A DNA stretch of 64,000 nt, from the NCBI RefSeq assembly GCF_006345805.1, contig NC_043008.1:22258001-22322000 (forward strand). Reading direction: 5' to 3'. This stretch comes from Octopus sinensis (lineage: Eukaryota). The translations under genes were made by a program, and so were the position numbers. The notes under the pieces were generated by a model. That model did not search any database and was not told the DNA's origin. It worked only from the letters and a program-made list of their open reading frames with translations. Shown piece by piece: positions 53,821 through 64,000 of this stretch (position 1 is the stretch's first letter; every line of letters starts with the position of its first letter).

Positions 53821-53998
53821 ATTATGTTTAACTACTAAAATTTAATTCTTCAGATGATAAAGTAGATGATACTAAAATTTAAATTTGTGTTATTTCGCAT
53901 ACATTTGTTAACACTAATTTACTACATGTTTATGTAAGCATAATACACACTACTGCATTTAATGATCGCCAAACCCCAGAAACAGCTGTAAAGTTTAC

Positions 53999-54210
53999 CT
54001 GAATTCTCTTTTCTATTATCTGCCATGTTACTGCGTGAACTCTCCTGAAACCTATCTATCCATGAAGAACTAATATAGACTTTATATATAGACTCCTGAT
54101 TCTCTGCTTGATTATAGTTATACTGTTTGAAGACAATACTTTTGTGTTTTGGTGCTAAGAGAAGTGACTCTGAGTGAGTCATTGTGATAGCATTGATGTC
54201 ATTGTGATAG
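53999..54210 (-). CDS. Candidate internal coding exon of an unidentified gene (212 nt)
   Basis: Acceptor CTCTCCTTTGACTCAG and donor CAG|GTAAAC bracket 70 open, non-repetitive codons (YHNDINAITMTHSESLLLAPKHKS..MADNRKENS); no homology recognised. Confidence 0.3.
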
Positions 54211-54478
54211 CTGAGTCAAAGGAGAGGTGTTCCAACTCGATAAACTCTCCAATCAGTTTAAATGCACAAGTCTCTGATAGCCAAGTAGCTAAAAAGTATC
54301 AGCAAGAGGGCAACCATGAGTCATGATCTAGATGTGGCCCAGCCCTCTTAGAATGTAGGAAGTTAAGGGCCAATATATGTGCCTGAGCAGGATTTCTTCT
54401 CTAAAGACATTCTGCAGTGCAGTTCTCTTGGGAGTTTCTTACTACTAGTCACATGAGTAATGTATAAATGCTTTAGAG

Positions 54479-54526
<48 letters not shown>

Positions 54527-54529
54527 GTG

Positions 54530-54619
<90 letters not shown>

Positions 54620-54710
54620 TTGTCCCACCCAAATGGGAGGTGGACATTAAATGATGATGATGATGATAAATAAATAAATAAATAGATATATAAACTATGA
54701 TTCTCCAATA

Positions 54711-54760
<50 letters not shown>

Positions 54761-55861
54761 TTGCCATGATAGATCGGTAGCCACTACACACATTTTTTTT
54801 CTCTCCTTGTTTTTTTCTGTATCCCTTTCTGTGTATATATATATAGAGAGAGAGAGAGAGCGAGCGAGAGAGAGAGAAAGAGAGTGACATATCAATGTCA
54901 CTGACTTGAAATGGTTGAAATGAAATAAGTTAAATAACGAGAGGTGATACAATGAAGGAGGTTACAAAATCAATCAATAAATTCAATAAGTAAATAAATA
55001 AGAGAGCAGTAGTACTTGGAGTCAGTAATTTCATAGTTTCATCATCACCATCAAGATCGACATCAACATCACTTCTATCATCATCATCATCGTCGTCATT
55101 GTCATCGTCGTCGTCATTGTTGTCACCGTCATCATCATCATCATCGTCATTATCAGCAGCAGCAGGAGCTGTATGAGAATAAATGGAAAGCATTTAGTCA
55201 ATATCATCATTCAATATATTTAGTCACTGTAAGGTGCTGAGCTGGCAGAATCGTTGGCACACATGGCAAACTGCTATGTTCTGAGTTCAAATTCCACCGA
55301 GGTCAACTTTAGTTTCCATTCTTTCAGGGTCGATAAAATAAGTACCAGTTGAATGCTGGGGTTGATGCAATTGACTTAACGCTTCCCACAAACTTGCCGA
55401 CCTTGTGCCAAAATTTGAAATTAATATTACAGTTCAATATATTTATTCAACATCGGTAACAAGGTGGCAGAATATTTAGCATGCCTGGTGAAATTCTTTG
55501 TGACATTTTGTCCATCTCTGCTTTCTGAGTTCAAATTTCACAGAGGTCAGCTTTGTCTTTCATCATCTTGGGGTCAATAAAACAAGTACCACTTGAATAG
55601 TGGGGCTGATGCAATTGACTTAATGCCTCCCAAAATGTTGCTGGCCTTGTGCCAAAATTTGAAATTAATGTTATGGTTTGATATATTTATTCAATGTAGT
55701 AAAGATTGTTTGCCAACATAACATGGCAGTCCTGGTTTAGGACTAATGTTGCTGTAATTTAGCCCCAGGGGACATCGTCTCCAGTTAGCTATGCGACACA
55801 ATCTGTGTCCTTATATTTTCAATCAAGGGAATCTAGCACCCCCACTCAGCCCAAAACAATA

Positions 55862-55906
55862 TCTGTGTATCGTGATTTTTGGGTTATTTCTCTTCATCAG
55901 CACAGA
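55862..55906 (-). ncRNA. Minimal type I hammerhead ribozyme motif, degenerate (G12A)
   Basis: Minus strand: TCTGTG-CTGATGA-AGAGAAATAACCCA-AAAA-TCACGA-TA-CACAGA. Confidence 0.5.
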
Positions 55907-56181
55907 ATAATTGTTCGGCTGCCAAATTCCTGTTTGAAATATATAGTTTTCAAAGTGACAGCTCACATAACTATTTTAAAATCTCACAACGAGAGATATT
56001 CAGCAATAGTACTTTGTAATAAAGATTGTTTGCCCACATAACATGGCAGTCCTGGTTTAGGATTAATGTTGCTGTAATTTAGCTCCAGGGGACATCGTCT
56101 CCAGCTGGCTATACAACACAATCTGTGTCCTTATATTTTCAAACAAGGAAATCTAGCACCACTGCCCAGCTCAAAACAATA

Positions 56182-56226
56182 TCTGTGTATCACAATTTCT
56201 GGGTTATTTCCCTTCATCAGCACAGA
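56182..56226 (-). ncRNA. Minimal type I hammerhead ribozyme motif with intact core
   Basis: Minus strand: TCTGTG-CTGATGA-A[GGG AAATAA CCC]A-GAAA-TTGTGA-TA-CACAGA. 6-bp helix I, CUGAUGA and GAAA boxes, AUA triplet. Confidence 0.65.
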
Positions 56227-57552
56227 ATAATTGTTCGGCTAGAGGTGGCGCTACCAAATTCAATGTAGGCAATAAGGTGGTAGAATAGTTAGCATGCCTG
56301 GCGAAATCATTTGTGGCTTTTGTTTGCCTTTACGTTCTGAGTTCAAATTCTGCCACGGTCAACTTTGCCTTTTATCCTTTCAGGGTTGATAAAATAAGTA
56401 CCAGTTGAATACTGAGGTTGATGCAATGTTACAATTCAATATATTTGGTCAATGTTAGCGTGCTGGGCGAAATGCTTAGTGGTATTTCATCTGTCGTTAC
56501 GTTCTGAGTTCAAATTCCGCCGAGGTCGACTTTGCCTTACATCCTTTCAGGGGTCGATAAATTAAGTACCAGTTTCGCACTGGAGTCGATGTAATTGACT
56601 TAATCCCTTTGTCTGTCCTTGTTTGTCCCCTCTATGTTTAGCCCCTTGTGGGCAATAAAGAAATATATTTAGTCAATGTCAGGTGGCAAACTGGCAGAAT
56701 CATCAGCACACCAGTTTACGTCCCAAGTTCAAATTCCACCAAGACCAAGTTTGGCTTTCACCCTTCCAGGGGCAATATAGTAAGTACCAGTTGAACACTG
56801 GGGTTGATGTAATCTACCTAAACTGCCCCCACCACAAAAAGAAAAAACTTCCCAATACCCGAAGCTGCTGGCCTTGTGCCAGTTCAATACAGTTCGATAT
56901 ACGTAGTCAATGTTCGGGAAAATCAGATATTTCATACAATTGAGTAAAGAACTGCGGGGTCAGATGATGGCACATCAAAGAATCAACGCCTCCATGTTAT
57001 TCTATAGACTTAAGTATCACTAATATTCCAAAATGGAACCTGCATTGTTTGAAACATTAACAAGTATCTCTTGGTCTTGCACTTAGTTCAAACAAAGAAA
57101 TCAATATTCAATAGTGTATTTAGAAAATAAATAAATAAATAAATAAATAAAAAATTTTTATTTATTTTTATTACTTTTCCTATTTTCCAAACCTCTTCCC
57201 CGCCCCCACCCCCCGCTACCATCATACCAATCTACTTTTATACCATTCTTTGACGATTTAATATTTCGATTGATGTTTTCCAACCCAAGACATTTCTTTT
57301 ATAGCCTTTGGAATATTTTCATTTATTTTCTATCTTTTTTTTATATATATATTTTTTAGCAAAAACCTTTCATATATTTGTGTGTGTGTGTATTTGTGTG
57401 TATTTGTGTGTGTGTGTGTGTGTTTGTGTTTGCATGTATGTATGTATAAATGTATGTAATTGTATATGCACATGAGCAAGTGTGATTGGGTATGTATATA
57501 TGAATATATAAATATATGTATATTTATATAAACATATATATATATACATGTA

Positions 57553-57591
<39 letters not shown>

Positions 57592-57708
57592 ATGTGTGTG
57601 TGTATGTTTGCATGTATGTATGTATAAACGTATGTAATTGTATATGCACATGAGCATGTGTGATTATGTATGTATATATGAATATATAAACATATGTATA
57701 TTTATATA

Positions 57709-57749
<41 letters not shown>

Positions 57750-57787
57750 GTGTGTGTGTGTGAGAGAGAGAGAGATGGAGAGAGAGA

Positions 57788-57821
<34 letters not shown>

Positions 57822-58363
57822 AGTTTTCTATTTTCAACATTTACTTATTCAGTTTTCGCATATTTTTTCGCCCATTTTCAATTCTTTTCATGTGTTTTTT
57901 TTTTTAATAAACAAGTTTCCATTGATCACTTGGTTCTCTTTTCCTTGTCATTTACCATTTTCTGGGTGTATAAGTTTGTACATGCATTCATGCATACAAA
58001 TATACATACATGCACACATTCATACATACATGCATACATACATTCATACATATTTGTGTAGGTATACATGTATGTATACATAGATATATCTATATATTCA
58101 TATGTACACATATACATACATATATGTATGTACACACGCACACACACATACACACACACACACACACATGCACACATATATATATACACACATGGACACA
58201 TTCACACTCATATATAGCCAGAACTGCTATTGACAAAGGGGAAGCTCAAAGAAATGGCAATCATCTGTGAAAAGGGTCCATGTTCATATGCATATAATGA
58301 TATACATATATGCATATATATATACATATATATATGTAAATACATACATACACACACATGCAC

Positions 58364-58403
<40 letters not shown>

Positions 58404-59670
58404 ATATATATACACACATGCATATATATATATATATATATACACATGCAAATATACATATGCGTGTAATATATATACATACATATATATATATATAAAT
58501 ATATATATATATAGGTGCAGGTGTGGCTGCTTGGTAAGAACCGAGCTGGCAGAAACGTTAGCACACCAGGCGAAATGCTTAGCGGTATTCGAGCAAAGTC
58601 ATTGCCAGTGCCGCTGGACTGACTCCTGTGCAGGTGGCACATAAAAAGCACCATTTGAGCGTGGCCGTTGCCAGTACTGCCAGACTGGCCTTCATGCCGG
58701 TGGCACGTAAAAGCACCCACTACACTCTCGGAGTGTTTGGCGTTAGGAAAGGCATCCTGCTGTAGAAACTCTGCCAGATCAAGATTGGAGCCTTCCTCTA
58801 GGTTCTCCAATGACCAATAATTGTACCACCATCACTCATAACAATCTGAACCTGTTCTTATTCAGAGCTACTGCCCTCCTAGACACTGAGTGGCAAGTCC
58901 TGCCTCACTCATCTTCTATTTTCTTTATCGGCTTAGTGTTTACAGCTGGATGCCTTTCCTGTCCCCAACTGCTTTACATACTGTATCAGATGCAGTTTAT
59001 CACAGCACCAGCAATGGAGAAGCTGTCATCAACAAGATGAAAGAGTTCTCTTGGCAGTGTCTCCATTTGTCTGCCTAATTATCTAAATATACATTTATTG
59101 AGAAACGAATTACTTACTTTTGATATTTCGAATGAGACAACAATGGAATGAACCAACAATACCTTTGTACGTTAGATTGTTTAAAATTTTTGCAACTCGT
59201 TTTCTCCCAGGACGCACATGAAAAAGAGTGGATAAAATTCTGCATGTCTTTTGTCTTGAGGACATTGCAATATTTCATAAAACTTTAACTAAATTTTATT
59301 TATCTAACTAGTTTGAAAAATCACTAAGGACACCTCAAATACTTTTCTACCTCATACTGGAGTCTGCCTGTCTATGATGAATCACAACAAATTTTTATCT
59401 TCCAGCTCTTCCTCATATTCTGCCATATTTACATATATCCATATATCTTTCTTTGTTCACTGTTCAGTATCATCATTGTCATCATCCTTTAACGTCCATC
59501 TTCCATGCTGGCATGGGTTAGATGGCTTGACTGAGGCTGGCAAGCCAGAGGACAGCACTAAGCTCCACTGTCTGTTTCGGCATGGTTTTTGCAGCTGGAT
59601 TCCTTTCCAAATGCCAATACAGAGTGTACTGGATGCTTTTCATGTGGCATCAGCATTCAATATTAAATGA

Positions 59671-60066
59671 ATCTCTATATATATAAAGCTGAAGTTGTCT
59701 GTGTATGGCAGGTTTGGTAGCCTTCAACTAACACTATCTCCTCCGAGACCCTGCGGCGCAAGTTGACCAAAACTGAGAGTATGATAGAAGAAGGCTTGCT
59801 CTTCCTTCCATAGAAAAAAAAATTCAAATCGGACCATGTTAACACCAAAAATTATTTACATCAAAAAGGTGCTTTTTTTCTATGAAAATCCCTATTTTTT
59901 ATGATTCTTTTACTGCTGTGTCGCCATTTTTCGGTGTTTTTCAACCAGAAAAATGTTCACTTAAAGAGAATAACAAGCTACATAATGCAAAATTTTTACT
60001 TTTCAAAACTTCCAATTCTAAAGTGTCGAAACAAAAACCGAGCAATGCCAAGCGATACTGCTAGTA
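59671..60066 (-). mobile_element. Non-autonomous Helentron/DINE-1-like element sharing termini with 50903-51210
   Basis: Minus strand 5' TACTAGCAGTATCGCTTGGCATTGCTCGG; 3' ACAACTTCAGCTTTATATATATAGAGAT. Confidence 0.6.
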
Positions 60067-60282
60067 TATTATAAATTGATTTTATGCATTGCAACTGCCT
60101 GTTCATACTTTGTTCTACGACACCTACATCTGCTCAGTCACACCAGTGCTTATAGATAACCAATTCTTATTTCTGCCGATCCTGCATTCCTGCACTTAGC
60201 ATCAAAGTTTAGGCATTTGGCTTGGCTGGAGAGCCTATTTCTATGTACATCTTATATTATATGTCCTTTGACACCTTCTTAC

Positions 60283-60315
<33 letters not shown>

Positions 60316-62454
60316 TGTATGTATGTATGTATGTATGTATGTATGTATGTATGTATGTATGTATGTATGTATGTATGTGTGTATGTATGTATGTGTGTAT
60401 GTATGTATGTATGTATGTATGTGTGTATGTATGTATGTCATTATTCAGTTTTATTTCAAGATTTCTTGTCAATAGAGAAAGAGCCGATCTCTAAACTAAA
60501 CCCAAGGCTCCTTCATTGGAATTTCAACAACATCAATAAGGTATTTTTGTATGTATGTATGTATGTATGGGTGCAGGTTTATATGTTTGTATGTATTCTC
60601 ATGCATATAGTTGCATATCTAGACATGCTCATATATATTTAAATGATAATCTTCTGGAAAGTTTTACAGATTTTCACAGTTCCAGTGATGGATTGGATTT
60701 GTAGTCTTCGAATCAGCTTTCTCCTTCAATGTATGTATGTCTGTTTATATGTATGCATGTTTGTATGTATGTATGCATGCATGCATGCAAGCCCTTGTAT
60801 GTGTGTGTGTGTATGTGTGTGTCTCCCTGTATCTCTGTAACAGAATGTAATAAAGTGTTTCCCCGATGATCCATTCTGGTTAAACATCCAAATGCATTCG
60901 GAACATCCAATACTGGCATCCAAATAACTGCAACAGTGAAACATGCATAAGAAGCAAATACTTCCTCTGGTGTTTACTTTAATCACCACAGTCTATGCTC
61001 TTTATATCATAACTAGTAACACTGTAAGTACAATAGTTGAATAACCCCTATACAGAAAGATGACTGGATGATGATAATCTATGTAAAGCTCTAAATCAAA
61101 CAGTAATAGCCACACATTTAACTGTACATTCAAGATATATTAAAGTATCTAAATCGTTTTAATGTCCCGTATATTTTCAGCAAAGCGTTACAACTATCAA
61201 CAAACTCTTTGGCATAATGGTAATTGACACTTCCATTAATTATAATCCTGGCTTCATTACAAACCCATTAACACATACAATCACCATGTAGCATACACAC
61301 ACACATGCATGCACATTTATAATTGCACACTCAACCAAACATATATGCAGTGTTGTTCTCCAATGATATCTGGTGTTAGAGCCATTTCTAATACTGGAAC
61401 CATGCCATTTTCAAAGACAAAAAGTTTTTTCAATTTTCTCTCGAAGATTCTTCAATGAAAATGAAAATGGGGTTCTCAGCCACTAATTAATCGACATGAC
61501 AGTACACTGGTGCTCCAGCTTGGCCACCGAGATATAAAAGTTTAGACCAGTTTGAAGAACTAGAAAACTTTACTCTTACAGCATAGATTTGCTTCCGAGT
61601 TTTCTTTAACTCTTCCGTTTATTTGTTCTATTTCATCCTTGTCATCATCACATCATTATTATTGATGTCGTCATGGTCATCATCATCATCATCATCATTT
61701 TCATCATCATCAACATCACTATCCTCATCATTGTCATCAGCATCATCGTCGTTGTCGTCATTGTCATCATCATCATCATCATCATTATCACCGTCATCAT
61801 CATCATCATTATCATTAACAGAAACTGAAAGAAGCCCATCGTATATATGTATATATATATGCACATGTGTGTATATGTTTGTGTGTCTGTGTTTGTCCCC
61901 CAACCATCACTTGACAACCAATCCTGGTGTGTTTGCGTCCCTGTAACTTAGTGGTTCAGCAAAAGAGACTGATAAAATAAGTACTAGGCTTACAAAGAAT
62001 AAGTCCTGGGGTCGATTTGCTTGACTAAAGGCAGTGCTCCAGCTTGGCCACAGCCAAATGACTGAAACAAATAAAAGAATAAAAGAAAGAAAGAAAAGTA
62101 TGCATACATATATGTATTTCAGAATGAGAATACATATGAAGCCAATCTTCTTTGAAACATCTTTATAACTATGGTACGTTTTTTAAAAAAGATTACCGTA
62201 TAGTTTTTAAGAGAATATATTTTTGTAACTTACATACCTTATTGTTTGTTTTCATCCCAGATAACATTTTTTTAGAAAGTGAGAAAGAAAGCTGCCCAAT
62301 GTTTAGTTTACACTTCAAATGTACAACATTTATTTTCAAGACATGAAAAGATAATAAACGTCATAGAGTTTAGCAAATGTTTCAAAAATGTGTAAATCAC
62401 AATGAAAATATTAGAGAAAACATTAAACAGCTTTTTGTGGTACTTTTAACAACA

Positions 62455-63256
62455 TCCTTTTCTACTCTAGGCACAAGGCCTGAAATTTTGGGGGAGGGAG
62501 CCAGTCGATGAGATCAACCCCAGTATGCAACTGGTACTTAATTTATCGACCCTGAAAAGATGAAAGGCAATGCCGACCTCGGCAGAATTTAAACTCAGAA
62601 CGTAAATACAGATGAAATACTGCTAAGCATTTCGCCTGGGATGATAACGGTTCTTATTTCTTTACTACCCACAAGGAGCTAAACACAGAGAGGACAAACA
62701 AGGACAGACAAATGGATTAAGTCGATTATGTCAACCCCAATGCGTAACTGGTACTTAATTTATCGACCCCGAAAGGATGAAAGGCAAAGTCAATCTTGGC
62801 AGGATTTGAACTCAGAATGTAGCGGTAGACGAAATACCTATTTCTTTACTACCCACAAGGGGCTAAACCCAGAGAGGACAAACAAGGACAGACGAATAGA
62901 TTAAGTCGATTATGTCGACCCCAATGCGTAACTGGTACTTAATTTATCGACCCCGAAAGGATGAAAGGCAAAGTCGACCTTGGCAGGATTTGAACTCAGA
63001 ACATAGCGGTAGACAAAATACCTATTTCTTTACTACCCACAAAGGGCTAAACACAGAGGGGACAAACAAGGACAGACAAACGGATTAAGTCGATTATGTC
63101 AACCCCAATGCGTAACTGGTACTTATTTAACTGACCCTGAAAGGATGAAAGGCAAAGTTGACCTCGGCGGAATTTGAACTCAGAACGTAACGACAGACGA
63201 AATACTGCTAAGCATTTTGCCCGGCATGCTAACGATTCTGCCAGCTTGCCGCCTTA
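62455..63256 (-). mobile_element. Tandem multimer of OK-type SINE bodies (~182-bp period) under one head
   Basis: TATTTCTTTACTACCCACAA recurs near 62655, 62838 and 63020; a complete head (GGCGGCAAGCTGGCAGAATCGTTAGC) occurs only at ~63250. Confidence 0.85.
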
Positions 63257-64000
63257 TACTTTGAACAACATTGCAATAAAGACAAGGTATATAATCGAAA
63301 AAAAAAAAGCATTCACAGGAAACTTTTGAAAACAAACTGAAGTGGAGCAGTGTTTCCAAAAGATCAGAAATGCATCCATAAGAATCCAATATGTATATGA
63401 ATCTGTTACTTGTTTTATCAATCACTATTTGTTGAACCACTAAGTTACAGGATATAAAGTGCCACAAAATACAAATTAATATGAACATGTACACACATGC
63501 ACACACATACATGCTCGCATGCAGGCACATACACACACACACACGCATGCATGCACACACGCACACATAGTACGAAAGAAGATAAGACTCTCATTCCGGC
63601 TGGTAAAATGGCCCTGTTCAATATGCAGGAAATTCATGGTACATAACTCCATTTCCTTCACCAAGTGTAAGCTATGGATGCATAATCATAGGGAGGTTAT
63701 CAGATAAGGTCACATTTGTGTGTGGCAGATGTGCAGGAACAGAAATAAATGAACTGTAACCAGGCTCAATAAAAGGATCCTGAGTTATTGGCTGCAATTA
63801 CATACTTGAAGTCAGTGTTGGCAGAAATGAAATCAGCTTGCAAATACACGTTCACTTTACTAAATTTATACTCAGGCTAAACCCGGACAACCTGAGTGCC
63901 AGAGTCACCACTGATATACATATATATATATATATAATCAAAATAAGGACGAAAAAATTGGATATTAATTTAATAACATCAATTTAACACCAGTGGTTTA

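Larger units (their letters stand above)
55701..56261 (-). repeat. Direct repeat with 320-bp period (55701-55920 and 56021-56240), each unit carrying a hammerhead motif
   Basis: AAAGATTGTTTGCC..ATAATTGTTCGGCT present twice at ~90% identity, separated by a ~100-bp single-copy segment. Confidence 0.92.

Noticed and set aside
60843-60930. FWLNIQMHSEHPILASK resembling the hAT dimerisation domain
   Set aside because: Too short and ends in a stop; cannot be supported without a search.

Overview
Repeat-dominated, AT-rich animal DNA with no host gene I can name. The SINE families and the mollusc-type 5S sequence suggest a cephalopod, probably Octopus (inferred from recalled repeat consensus, not searched). 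Most ORF-track entries are microsatellite artefacts. Main content: (1) a near full-length but disabled R4/Dong-clade non-LTR retrotransposon (RT, CCHC, restriction-like endonuclease; 1077-5057) inside (TAA)n and stacked with two other Dong-like remnants; (2) a dead Merlin/IS1595-type transposase whose own C-terminal codons were amplified into a 19 x 47-bp array (11481-12372); (3) minimal type I hammerhead ribozyme motifs, one beside a fold-back at ~7.5 kb and a tandem pair in a 320-bp-period repeat at 55.7-56.3 kb, resembling a retrozyme or Penelope pLTR; (4) a 5S rRNA copy abutting a SINE; (5) a two-headed mariner derivative, two Helentron/DINE-like elements, RTE and CR1 fragments, dozens of SINEs, several fold-back palindromes and long microsatellites. 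All alignments and folds were done by eye.
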